Source: Nymphaea colorata (taxonomy: Eukaryota). Taken from it: a stretch of DNA of 64,000 bases. Location: contig NC_045138.2 in NCBI RefSeq assembly GCF_008831285.2, positions 12,586,001 to 12,650,000 of the forward strand, in the 5' to 3' direction. The notes beneath the pieces are model-generated. The model searched no databases, had not been told where the DNA came from, and saw only the letters and a list, made by a program, of their open reading frames with translations. The position numbers were made by a program, and so were the translations under genes. Position 1 is the stretch's first letter; the number at the start of each line of letters is the position of its first letter. Below are positions 1 through 11,473 of the stretch, in pieces.

Positions 1-4
1 TGTA

Positions 5-300
5 GGAAAATACTATCTTGCTGATGGTGATAGTGGATATCCAAACATTCTTGGCTTGCTATCTTTATATCAAGCTCATCAGTGTCATCTATCTGAATTT
101 AACACCTTGGGGGCATGATGTATTACAACTTTAGAGAAACTGTTAATCATCAACATTCATTGGTAAGATCAACAGTTGAATGAGCATTTGGATTATTAAA
201 GAGCAGTTCTGTCTACTAAAAGTACAAATGCCATTTCCTTATTGCAAACAAGTGATCATGTGTTAACCACTTGTGTTTTACGCAATTTTATTTTAGACCA
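5..300 (+). pseudogene. PIF/Harbinger (HARBI1-like DDE) transposase relic, C-terminal exon
   Basis: From nt 5 the sequence translates GKYYLADGDSGYPNILGLLSLYQAHQCHLSEF, then after frameshifts NHQHSLVRSTVE*AFGLLK and CVLRNFI. These match the plant Harbinger motifs GKYYLxDxGYP, NxxHSxxRxxIERAFGxLK and CxLHNFI. A TGTAG acceptor-like site lies at the 5' end. Stops and frameshifts are present. Confidence 0.8.
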
Positions 301-599
301 TAATCCTCATGCAGACTGTTAAATCTTGATGAGAGTCTAGCTTATGATGTAACTGTGAGTACTTCTTTCTTAAGTTACCTTGAAAGTGCAACATAAACTG
401 TTCAATGAGGTTCCAACAATGAGTTGTGCGCATTAATAACATCTTAGGTATTCATAGATCTTCGTAAGTGTGAGAAGGTGATGATACACTATTTTCTTGT
501 GTGGTAGCCTGACACATTGTATTGTTCCTTTCGTTTTGTCGATGCTAAGCAGTTGTGATAAATTGCTAGTACAACATTTGATCTTCCTATAAAGGGTAA

Positions 600-2190
600 T
601 TAATTGTTGCAAATAGGAAATCAACAATGAAGCCCAAAGAGAAGTATTATTTTGTATTTGAAGGCCCGACAAGGGGAATATTACTTTGTTGAGAAGAATG
701 TCATCCAGAAGTTTATCAATATCTAGGATTTTTTGTGGCTTTGTCATGATTTTTTAATATATTGTTCTACTTTGACGTACTTCCAAGTTCTGTCATTTGT
801 CATTGGCATTTGCACTTCCAAATTTTCAACATGAATCCAAACTTTTTATCGTCATAATAATGAATAGTAAGTTACTATCATGTACTTGATAAATACTATT
901 AGCATTTCAAAGATGCTTGTAAGTTCAATTGCAAGGTCAGGATGAATTCTTATCAAACTGACAATGGGGATGAATTTGGATTGAAGATCTCTTGTCAGTC
1001 TCAATTGATGAGTATCAGTCAATCCTCTACCAATTGTTCATGTTAAAAACAGATTTTTATGACAACAAAAAAGGGGGATCCAGGTCTTTATGACAGCTTC
1101 ATGGCCAACCAAGATATTGTTCATATTTATGTGATCTGGTTGTACTTAAGTGTCAGATTCAAATCCAAGTGCATGTATGAAAGGTCATGAATTAGATCAA
1201 ATTCATCCATGGGCTTTAAGGCTGTGTGTGGAATAAAAACCCCAAGACCTTTAAATGAGAGAAGGATAATTTTTTTTACAGAATTTTTTACTTTTCTTCA
1301 AAAAGTGGAAATGGAGTTCAATTTATTTGGTGTTACTTATTTGCACATATTGCCCCAAAAATTTAATGAGGAGATTAGCTTAAAATCTTAATGCTCAAGT
1401 AACAGACAATAGATGTATGTGCTTCCTTTCAATGATTTCCATTTTGTTGAGGGGGTACACACAACTATGTAATTGTATAATTCCCTTGTTTTTGAAAAAT
1501 TCATCCATTTCTTGGTAGGTGAACTCTAGCCCATTATCAGATCCAAATTTCAAGATATTTGCTTTGACTTGACATTCAACATAACTGAAAAGTATTTTGT
1601 CAAATGTTTGGTTTCACATTTAAATCTCATAAGAAAAACCCACGTTGACTGTGTATAGTCATCTACCAAGCTTAGAAAGTAATGGGTTTTGGTGATAGAG
1701 GATTATGAACATGGTCCCCAAATGTCTCCATGAATTAATTCAAGTAATCATGTTCAATTAATTTTGCGGGCATCCAATGGGAGTGTAGTTTGCTTGGATA
1801 CAACACACACTTCACATAATCATTTAGAAAAGATAAGTTCACAATTGTTACCTCAAAATAGTTTATTTCTAGAAAATGTGGGTTGCCCCTATCTCCAGTG
1901 CTACATATCAAAGTTTGAACTTGCAACATTTTCAAGGACACAAATAACATCACTTTTTGACTAGGACTGACAGAACTAAAGCTATTGCAAAGTTTAAAGG
2001 AACACTATTCATGTCAATAGCTGGCATACAAGAAGATTTATATAGACCAAGAAAATTTATATAGACTATTTTTCAACTCATTGGCACCAATCATCATCAT
2101 AGAATTCAAGTAATTTTTTAAGCAAACAAGGGGAATAAAAGTTTATTTGGTAGTTTATTTCTCTGGTCAAGCTACTGATCGACAAAATAT
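600..2190 (-). mobile_element. Ty1/Copia element A, distal part (end of protease region, GAG-pre-integrase, integrase), degenerate
   Basis: Minus-strand translations give NILSISSLTREINYQINF (about 2190-2140), HGDIWGPC..THYFLSLVDDYTQSTWVFLMRFK (about 1730-1620), SDNGLEF...KGIIQLHSCVY...IERKHIHLLSVT*ALRF (about 1545-1385) and SHLKVLG (about 1260). The left boundary is uncertain. Confidence 0.75.
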
Positions 2191-2526
2191 TGACTATGAA
2201 AATTGAGAACTGTCAAGAACTATTTGATTTCTTTACCATCTATTGGATTTATTTATCATGGCATGTGCTCACCTTAGTTGTCATGTGTTCACTACAAAAC
2301 CCCGAGCTAATTTTCTTTCCATCTTCTTTTCTTCACATTCCTTTGTTGTGTGTAGCAAGGAATCAAAATCTTTAGGAAAGAAGGTCATGCTGCCATTGGA
2401 TGACTGTTGGATTTTTTTCGTGCATATATTTTCTACCAACATACCAAAAATTAATAAACTGAATTCAAGTTTGAGTTCTTCTTTCCATCCCCCGTTTCAT
2501 TCTTCTCTTGGGCATCCGTTGTGTCA
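2191..2526 (+). repeat. 5' LTR of Copia element B
   Basis: Begins TGAC exactly where element A homology stops and ends GTCA, giving inverted termini. It is followed at once by TAGTATCAGAAAC (2527-2539), a degenerate tRNA-Met PBS (consensus TGGTATCAGAGC), and then by the gag ATG at 2578. Confidence 0.65.
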
Positions 2527-4381
2527 TAGTATCAGAAACTTACAGTAATTGACAGCAGGGAAGCACCCAAGAAGAATATGGAGGGTGACTCAAGTGGAAT
2601 GGACGCCTCTCAAGTGATGTCCAGTCCTTTTTATATGCATTATTCTGATAATCCTAGAAATGTTCTCATCTCTGACATGCTTAATGAAGAAAACTATGCA
2701 ACCTGGAGTAGAGCCATGATAATGGCCTTATCAACAAAAAATAGATAAGATTTATCGATGGTTCTATCAAAGAACCGAACAAAGATGATTTGAGTTTTGG
2801 GTTCGATGCAATGACATGATTTTGTCTTGGATTGTGAATTCAGTTAGCAAGGAATAGTTAAAGGTGTTGCTATGCTTCTAATGCTAGAGCTGTTTGGGAA
2901 GAGTTATGGGAAATGTTTATGCAAAGCCAAGCCCTTAGAATTTATCAAATTCAATGGGCTATTGCTCGATTGCAGCAAGACACTATGTCAGCTATGTCTT
3001 ATTACACCAAAATAAGGGGGGTTTATCGGTCGAACTTGACTCTTTTTCTGCTGTCCTGGAATGCTCTTGTGGAGCGATGAAAGTATATTTGGGACAGGTT
3101 CCAAGAGAGAAAGTAATTCAATTTTTAATAGCATTGACTGATTCCTACAATGAGGCCAGATATTGCTGCTTGACCCCTTGCCTAATGTAACCAAGGTTCG
3201 TGCTTTGATTTTACAAGGAAAGAAGCAACGTGAGGCTCGGACTCCTGCACACCAAGTGAAGGAACCACTGTCATGGCAGTGCCGCAAGGAGATCAAAATA
3301 TATTTCAAAGAAGCAGAAATAATATGGCTGCTAGACCAATCTGCTCTCCTTGTGAAGGAGTAGGCCACGTTAAAGAAAAGTATTTTAAGCTTATTGCCTA
3401 TCCACCAGGACGCTGCACCTATGACCCCAACTTCAAACAGCTAGTGGCTGCCAACGTAGTGGCCAAGCAAGGATGTATGGGCATAAACTGAATTTTTCAA
3501 AGGATGGTGCAGCATCAAGTGGAGATGGAAAAAAGGTAAAGGATATTGTTCCACCTTTCACATTAGAAGAATATCATAAACTCATCTCACTCTTCAAAAA
3601 CAAGCCCATCAACATTAACTTTGCAGGTAATACCTTGACTAGAAATTTAGATTTTTGTCGTTGGATCATAGGTTCAGAAGCAAGCTGACACATATGTGCT
3701 GACCGAAGTGAACTCCAAAATATAAAATCTTGTAATATACCTGTTACTTTACCTAATGGTGAGGCTGTTTCTATTTCTCATATGGGTAAAATTGAATTAT
3801 CTTCCATTGAAATCAGTAATGTTTTGAGTATACCATCATTTAAAGTTAACCGTCTCTCTATAAGTAAGCATGCTAGGGCTCTCAATTGCTTTGTCACATT
3901 TTCCCCTAACTATTGTGTTATACAGAACCTGGTGTCGAAGATGACTAGGCCTTTTATGTTCTTCACAAAACCCTCTACATAGCCTTATTGGTATTGTTGT
4001 TTCCGGACATGAATTTTGGCATAGATGATTGGGCCACTTGTGTTTGTCTTGTTTAAAGTTAGCTAGTAAACATTTAGACCTTGAATTTGATTTAAATAAT
4101 GATTATTTGTGTGATGCATGTCATAAAGCTAAACAAATTCATTTTCAATTTGACTTAAGTGAAATTTCCACCTCTCAACCTTTTGACCTTATACATTGTG
4201 TTATTTGCGGACCTTATGCCCAAACTACCATTTCTGGAGCACATTATTTTTTGAGCATTGTTGACGACTTCTCAAGGGCAACCTGGATTTTTCTTGTGCG
4301 CCACAAATTTGAGATATGACATCTTGTTAAAATCTTTTTTTCCTTGGTTATAGTTGTCACATTAAATTTTTACATTCAAAC

Positions 4382-5098
4382 TGTCACGGGCCGGCTTTTT
4401 CAAGCCCTGCTTGGCCCGCGCGGCGCCGAAGGCATTCCCCAAAGCCTTCGGCCAGCATGACATCTCTTGCTTTAGCGGAAGCATTCATCTTTTCTTCAGG
4501 ACTATGGACTAGACGAGGAATGCTAAGCACTCGGCAAATCATCACCCAGGTTATCCCATTGTCGGCCATCGGCAAGCCGTGGCCATGAGGCCCTGTCAGA
4601 ACTTCGCTATTCCTCCAAGTGCCTATCTACATCCAAACAAAATCTGGGTGGGGGTAGACTTCCCTTGGGAGGAAGTCCCCAGCCGAAGTCAGTTGACGAC
4701 TATATGTCATTAAGTAAGGTAGCCGACCATCGCTCTACTCGACGATGAGCATTCACTTGCTCACCCCCGCGTGACTCTACGCGATTGTGGAACGCAGCGT
4801 ATGCACCCACTGGGGGAATTGCCCCTAACCAACGCGCACCCCCTTGTGTATTCAAACGCTACGCATTGGGAACCCACTGGATTCCCCAATGACGGACTTG
4901 CACTTCCAAAGGGACCGCTGATCTTGATGCATTAAAACGCCTTGTCGTCGACCATCGCGCTGCACATTCCACGTGCATTGCTTTCTGCTAGACTCGGCGC
5001 CCGATTGAATCCCACATGCCTTCCAACTATGCCATAGCTGGCCAAGCAGCATCACCTTTTACTGGCTTGGCCGGGCCAGACATAGTCGGCCGGCAACA
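4382..5098 (-). repeat. 3' LTR of element C (717 bp)
   Basis: tgtcacgggcc...gtcggccggcaaca. Colinear with 5708-6422, roughly 90-95% identical by eye. Confidence 0.93.
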
Positions 5099-5707
5099 TT
5101 CTCCCATCGCCAAAATCGTCACTGTCCTCAGTGACTCTGTCCCGAGCGATAGAAGTTCAACTACTGTTCCCTTGATTTCTTTTCAACTTGAGCCTACGTC
5201 CGTCCGTCAGCTTGATGCACCCGTCACGTCGCGGCTACTCGCCTATTGGGTGTTTTGCCTCTAGTCCATTCCTTAGCATCATCCCACTTTTCTATCACTG
5301 TTTGCACTTTTCCTTAGTAAAGTTCGGAACATCTCCGACGACCACTAAGTTTCAAACTTCCAAGCTGTGTTGCCAACCCGTGCACATGCTCCTTTCTCAA
5401 GACATGTCAATACTAAGGGCACTTGCCCTCCTGGACAATCCTTTTCCACGTCGGGTCTCACCCTATCTGTCTCAGCGAGCGGCTCTCTTGGCCCTTCTGC
5501 TCCTGACGCTCAGACACCATCTTCGGAACGTGTGATCTCCATCTGGCTAACACCAACGCGGTCACCTGAACCAGTGTCCGACGAACATGCCCGAACCCTT
5601 AGGGCACCAAACAAGCCAACATTTTTCTTTGAACCACTTGTATGTTATCATCGCAGCGTTCTCATCTTTGAAGTTCCCTTCGAGAAATCGTCTGCTCTGA
5701 TACCACT

Positions 5708-6422
5708 TGTCACGGGCCGACTTTTTCAAGTCCTGCTTGGCCCGCGGGGCGCCGAAGGCATTCCCCAAAGCCTTCGGTCAGCCTGACATCTCTTGCTTTA
5801 GCGGAAACATTCATCTTTTCTTCGGGTCTATGAACTAGACGATGAGTGTTAAGCACTCGGCACACCATCACCGAGGTTTATCCCATTGTCGGCCATCGGC
5901 AAGCCGTGGCCATGAGGCCCTGTCAGAACTTCGCCATTCCTCCAAGTGCCTATCTACATCCAAACGAAATCTGGGTGGGGGTAGACTTCTCTTGGGAGGA
6001 AGTCCCCAGCCGAAGCTAGTTGGCGACTATATGTCATTAAGTAAGGCGGCCGACCATCGCCCTACTTGACGATGAGCATTCACTTGCTCACCCCCGCGTG
6101 ACTCTACGCGGTTGTGGAACGCAGCGTATGCGCCCACTGGGGGAATTGCCCCTAACCCACACGCACCCCCTTGTGTATCCAAACACTATGCGTTGGGAAC
6201 TCACTGGATTCCCCAACGACAGACTTGCACTTCCAAAGGGACCGCTGATCTTGATGCATTGAAATGCCTTGTCGTCGCACCACCGCGCTGCACATTCCAC
6301 GTGCATTGCTTTCTGCTAGACTCGGTGCGCGATTGAATCTCACATGCCTTCCAACTATGCCTAAGCTGGCCAAGCAGCATCACCTTTTACTGGCATGGCC
6401 GGGCCAGACACAGTCGGCAACA
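5708..6422 (-). repeat. 5' LTR of element C (715 bp)
   Basis: tgtcacgggcc...gtcggcaaca. Lies next to the minus-strand PBS. Confidence 0.93.
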
Positions 6423-6756
6423 CAAACAATGGAACTGAATATTTTTCTCAAAAAATGAAGAAATTCTTCAAGATCAAGGCACCACACACCAGCATAGTTG
6501 TTGTCCTAACTACAGCAAAATGGTGTGGTGGAGCGCAAAAACATGCATTTGTTTGAGGTGGCTAGAGCAGTTCGTTTTGAATCCAATCTCCCTTACTTTT
6601 TTGGGGAGAATGTGTTTTGACTGAAACATATTTAATTAATCATTTTTCATCTCTAAATATTGGGGGAAAAACTCCTTTTGAAATATTATATAGAAAAAAA
6701 CCCTTGGTTAAGCACCTTCGCGTTTTTGGATCTTTATGTTATGCTACAAATTTTTT

Positions 6757-6920
6757 GAACAAAGATAAATTTCAGTCAAGAGTCCACACATGTATTTTCA
6801 TTGGATATCTACAAGGAAAAAAAACATATATATTCTTGTAGAGACGTGGTAGAACAAAGATAAATTTCAGTCAAGAGCCCACACATGTATTTTCATTGGA
6901 TATTCACAAGGACAAAAAGC
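6757..6920 (+). repeat. Local duplication (about 70 bp, 95-bp period) in the Copia B integrase C-terminal region
   Basis: gaacaaagataaatttcagtcaagagyccacacatgtattttcattggatat occurs at 6757 and again at 6852. Confidence 0.9.
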
Positions 6921-7540
6921 GTATAAACTCTATGTTACACCTTGAAATGCACAAGGTTTTTACTAGTGGAGACATGGTTTTTTATGAACATATTCTTCCG
7001 TTTCAAAGTCAAAGTCATAAAGAATTACATACTAATAAAAATGAAGTGGTTCTTCCGGTAGTTGAAGGAAGTTTCTCAACCCCTCAACAAATCAGATCTG
7101 AAATGATCTGGTAGAAATGGGAACAAACCAAATAGGGGACTAACCACCCATTGTTGAAGAAACCTCTATAGAAACTCATGAGAAGACTAGGGAAGTTCAA
7201 ACTAATACTAAAGATCCAAATTTCATATCATCTGAATCCATTGGAGAATATCCAAATCTCACACCTACCGAATCCATTAGGAGATCCATTTGAATTTGGA
7301 AACCGACGTCTTGGTTAAAAGATATTTATTTCTCTCTACTCACATTACCTCAAACCAATGCCGTCTCTGTGTCAGGAAAAAAAGGAACCAGGTACCCTAT
7401 TACTGAGTATCACTGGTCCTTTGATAAACACAAAAATTTTCTTAGCTCATTGGTTTTTAAATCAACCAAATAACTTCAATGAAGTTGTAAGACATAAAGA
7501 GTAGCAGGATGCATGGATTCAGAGATCCGTGCATTGGAAA

Positions 7541-9094
7541 TGGGTTTCTCAGTTTAACAATTTCAGACATACAATATAGGTTAGATGAAGTGCGATCACT
7601 GGCACCACTGTCAATGATCCAATCCAATCATCTTCCGAAGTGGTGGATATACCTGCAAAGTACATTTGAGAACATAATGCTTTTTCATGAATAAGTTGAA
7701 TCAATTGTCTGTATTCCTCCACAGTCAAAGTTAGGACAACAACCTTGCTAGATTCAGTTGCAGCAACAGTTGAAATATGATTTGCACTAGAAAATTTTGC
7801 ACCAAATGATCACGAGTAATGAATGAATTTATCTGAGCTGAAAGCTTTATTCAAGTTCTATCCGCTCAAGTGAAGAACCTTTATAACAAAGTGGATATCC
7901 ATGTAGCTTGTGACACCTCATGTCCCTCGTATAACCTGTCCCTTGACAATAAAGACACAGTACTGACATGGAAATGCATTTACAGAAGCAAGACTTAGAT
8001 GATCGGTAGATGGTAGCATCCTGGCTTCCCTTTGTTTCTCTTCCCGAAAAATAGCAGAGTGGACTTTCCAAATTGATGGAAGAGGGTAAGATAGCATGAT
8101 CTGTCCACACACTATGTTATAAAATTTGTATAAGCTTTTTATTCTTGCTGCTTTTCCTTGAACTTTTTCATGGCCCCACATGTACAGACAAGAGGCAGAT
8201 TTATGATGCAAGTTCGACCCCATGTGGTTTCGGTTTGGTAAACTAAGCAGCCACTGACTTGAGTTTGCCGAACATGTCTACTAATAGCAGTTTTGATTTG
8301 AAACTTTCTTGATGCCATACACTGTGTAAACCAATCACAAAGATACCCCTATATATATTTTACAAGCAGAGGCAGCGTATATCACGCTATCTGCAATATC
8401 TCTTGATAAAGAGCTGATGATCCAAGACAAGACCATCGTATCACATCATTTTCCAAAATATATATCCAACAGAATCAGGAATCTGGCTCAACCATTGAAC
8501 CATCAACAAGTCCAAATTTGTTTTTTCCTGTAAGAGCCATTGTCATGGCATTGCTCCATGTAATGTAATTGTCCCAGTTAAAAGTTAAGAGTATTAAATT
8601 GCACCTGGGTTGTGTAAATGATGGGGATAAAAATGATTTGGTCAAATCAGATATTGATTCGCTGCCCTTTGATCCAGACACTCTTGACAAGGTATGTGAT
8701 GTTGAACCTTGCGGAACAGCAACCATCAGATATGCTAATGTGGAGACAATTACAGCAGATAGATGTTATGAATACCAAGAACCAGAACCAGGCTTTGGTA
8801 CCATGTACACAGAGCAACAAACGTGATGGATGATATCACCACATGACTATGACAAAAACCGAACAGTGTAAACAAGGTAATAACAGAATAGACACACTGC
8901 CTTACGCAGAAAGTGAAGGAAGAGGCTTTCCTTGATTTCATTATACATAAGGGGGGCATCTACATGTATAAGCAATCTCTCTTGAGAGAACAAGGACATT
9001 CTGGTATGCTCTCTAAAAAAGAAAAAGAAAAATTGCGTAACTACAGAAAGCGAAACAAATCAAATAATTTGCTTTGAATAATTATGTTACAACA
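7541..9094 (-). mobile_element. Ty1/Copia element A, proximal part (5' LTR about 8804-9094, PBS, gag, protease)
   Basis: Minus-strand PBS-like TGGTACCAAAGCC at 8791-8803 abuts a TG...CA segment (8804-9094). gag DNYITWSNAMTMALTGKNKFGLVDGS (ORF 8475-8726). Zinc knuckle CLYCQGTGYTRDMRCHKLHGYP. Protease WIIDSGASD at about 7620-7595. Confidence 0.8.
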
Positions 9095-9438
9095 GAATGT
9101 CATCAACTATGATTCTTCTCTTTCAGTTCAGTGTGACCACACCTTTTGGACCCATTTCAATTAATTGTCTCAGAAATCAGATGCCTATGCCTGACATAAC
9201 TTAATACCTTTGGACGTGTTAGTTAGAAACATGCGGAGAAACCTCAAAGCCTTTCTATTTCTTTTTGTTTTCGATTGGAATCCACACATCAACTGCAATG
9301 TCCCGCATCTATTGTTTGTAGTATAGAGAATGGCATCCATGAAAATCAAATTGATGACAAAACAGATCTAACCACCTATGTTATCCCTCAAGGCACAAGG
9401 CCTTAACGACCTTTCACCCTGAGTCACCGAGATGATGT

Positions 9439-9585
9439 ACGTGTCATTTTCTGGGCCTTGTTTATCTTCCTTTTGGAACGGATCTTTGCAGTTCCCTTCT
9501 ATGGTCAAACAATCCCACACTTGTCGAGCAACGCGTACTTATGGCCTTTTGGTGGTCACCTTATATGTTTCCTCCTTTTTATAAA
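9439..9585 (+). promoter_or_regulatory. LEA promoter: ABRE (ACGTGTC, 9439-9445), CE3-like ACGCGT (about 9531) and TATA box (TATAAA, 9580-9585)
   Basis: The motifs are read directly 130-275 bp upstream of the LEA ATG. This arrangement is typical of ABA-responsive LEA promoters. Confidence 0.6.
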
Positions 9586-9712
9586 GGGTACTCCAGGCTT
9601 TCTCGTTGCCATTGGAGGTGTTCCCTTCATTGCGACGAACTCTGTTATCACCTTAATTGCTGAAGTTTGATTTCGTTAAAGTTCCTTGGAAGTGATCTTT
9701 TGACGAGGAAGA

Positions 9713-9820
9713 ATGCAGGCTGCGAAGAATGCTGCTGCTTCTGCCAAGGAGAAGGCAGAGAACCTTGCTGCTTCCGCTAAGGCTGGAATGGATAAGACGA
9801 AGGCTACTATACAAGAGAAG
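9713..9820 (+). CDS. Group 4 late embryogenesis abundant protein (LEA_1 family, D-113/LEA4-5-like), exon 1
   Basis: Translates MQAAKNAAASAKEKAENLAASAKAGMDKTKATIQEK and is followed by a GT donor at 9821. AASAKxGMDKTKAT is the LEA_1 hallmark. The ORF track missed it because it is short. Confidence 0.92.
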
Positions 9821-10411
9821 GTATCCTTTCTCGTCTTTAATTAAGAACCGAACAAAGAAGCACAAGAGATTTATGCTCCATATTTCTTTCATTTGATGAT
9901 TTTGTGATTGAGAAACATTGAATTTCAATATAACAAATGAACTATTGAGCTTGCATTTAACCGAGAAGGGCCGTACGTGAAATAAAATCAAATTGATTAA
10001 CTAAAATTGATTTTGTTAATACCAAAATCGAGATCAAATTTTTATAAAATTCATTTAATTTCTCTTATTATTGATGAATAAAATATAGTTGCAACTGCTA
10101 TGCTTATGGAATTTCCAAAGGCGCTAGCTATATATGCTGTTACAAAAATATACTCGAATGGGAACAGAAAAACAAAAACCCCTTTAAAGCAAACAGTGAA
10201 TCATTTCCTCTCCTCTCTGTTCGTCGTGTCCTCATTGCTCCCGTGCCTCTGCGTCGAAACAAATACTCGAATTTTGGGAGGAAAGGTTCCGAAAGCTGGC
10301 CACTTCTGGTGATCAGATTCAGAAGTTCACGGGTTGGGCGATAGGAAACTAACTTTCTAAACAAGTTTTGTATGTATAAATGAACGGTTGATCGGTCGTT
10401 TTGATGGGCAG

Positions 10412-10678
10412 GTAGAGAAGGCGAAGGCGCACGACCCGGCGGAGAAGGAGGAGGCGAAGCTCAAGAAACAGGACCGCATCAGCCAGGCGGAACACAATAA
10501 GCAGGAGGCGCGGATCGAGAATGCTGCAGAGAGGGAGAGAGCCCGATTGGATGCCGCCCACCACCCTGGTCACGGCGGAAGCGAGGGCTCGGCCTTGCCG
10601 GAACACGGTAAGTCCGGTGTGCACGTGACACTGGGGACAGCCCGATCGGGCCCAATGGGCACGGGCGGAACCAGATAG
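10412..10678 (+). CDS. Group 4 LEA protein, exon 2 (spliced product 124 aa)
   Basis: Phase-0 intron 9821-10411 (GT...GCAG). Translates VEKAKAHDPAEKEEAKLKKQDRISQAEHNKQEARIENAA...SALPEHG...GTGGTR*, matching the LEA_1 RDP/K..QAE..K.EAR.HNAA and SALPGHG motifs. Confidence 0.9.
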   Translation, partial: VEKAKAHDPAEKEEAKLKKQDRISQAEHNKQEARIENAAERERARLDAAHHPGHGGSEGSALPEHGKSGVHVTLGTARSGPMGTGGTR

Positions 10679-11054
10679 ACGGGCTATGGCACCGGAGGCG
10701 GCTAAAATTGAGAGCTCTGGTTTTGATTGCTAAACTCCCCGTGCTTTTCTTCTTCTCGTGAAGTTCAGCTTTTCCTCTCGCTGTTTTAGCGTCGAATTTT
10801 TCTTGTTTGGTTGCTTAGTCGTGTTGCCGCCGTTGATGCTTTGGCACTGGTGGCTTTTCATGCGTGTTTGAGTCTTCATTGTCGGTGTTGGTGAAACCGG
10901 AGCTATTGTTGCTACCGTTTGTAATGGTGACTTTTGTCGGTCTGACGACATAGTTGGTTTAATTTATATGCGGTTTTGGATTTTCCTTTAATTTTGGTTT
11001 TTACTCCGTCGTTCGTATAAAAGTTTAATGTACCATTAACTACTGTATTCATTT

Positions 11055-11473
11055 CCTCGGATATTCACATATTTAGATTTGAATACCAACAAACAAAAAT
11101 TATATCAGACTCCAAACTTAAAACATCATTTCACAATCCGAATCTGATCAAAATCAGATTTTTACATTCATATCCAGATCCTAAATCTAATCAATTTTCA
11201 AAATATAAGAGCATTGGATATAGGATATTTATTTAATATTAAATTTGATCCAAACTGAATCTGAAGGATATTTATTTAGTACTAAGTCAGATCCAAATTG
11301 AATTAGAGTCTGAATCCAAATCCAAATTTGATCAGATATTCATACATATCTGAATCCAAATCCATTTGAATGTCATTTCTTAAATCCAAATCTGATCTAA
11401 TTTCTTAATCGGATATTAAAATTTGAACTTTTCCAAACAGTTCAGCATTCAAATAAGATATATTGACCCTCTA
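11055..11473 (+). mobile_element. Degenerate 5'-truncated hAT-type MITE, same family as 14305-14756
   Basis: Rich in ATCCGA/ATCCAA repeats and colinear with 14360-14756. Ends aataagatatattgaccctcta, compared with aataaaatatattgacatcccta in the intact copy. Confidence 0.7.

Larger units (their letters stand above)
4382..6422 (-). mobile_element. Structurally complete non-autonomous LTR retroelement C (TRIM/LARD-like, 2041 bp)
   Basis: Direct repeats at 4382-5098 and 5708-6422, each TG...CA. Perfect 5-bp TSD CAAAC (4377-4381 and 6423-6427). Minus-strand PBS TGGTATCAGAGC at 5694-5705. Minus-strand PPT-like GGCGATGGGAGAA at about 5099-5111. The 609-bp internal region has no recognisable retroviral ORF. 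Confidence 0.93.
2191..7540 (+). mobile_element. Ty1/Copia element B, degenerate and 3'-truncated, interrupted at 4382-6422
   Basis: gag SPFYMHYSDNP...NYATWSRAMIMALSTKN from 2578. Zinc knuckle CSPCEGVGHVKEKYFKLIAYPP. Protease WIIGSEAS. Integrase PFDLIHCVICGPY...YFLSIVDDFSRATWIFL, resuming after the insertion with NGTE..QQNGVVERK and GKTPFEILYRKKP..HLRVFGSLCY. It ends at the start of RT (QPNNFNEVV...SEIRALE) at about 7540. Confidence 0.9.

Noticed and set aside
4384..6458. Numerous overlapping 60-139 aa ORFs
   Set aside because: They arise from GC-rich LTR sequence, recur with differing frames in the two LTRs, and show no protein motifs.
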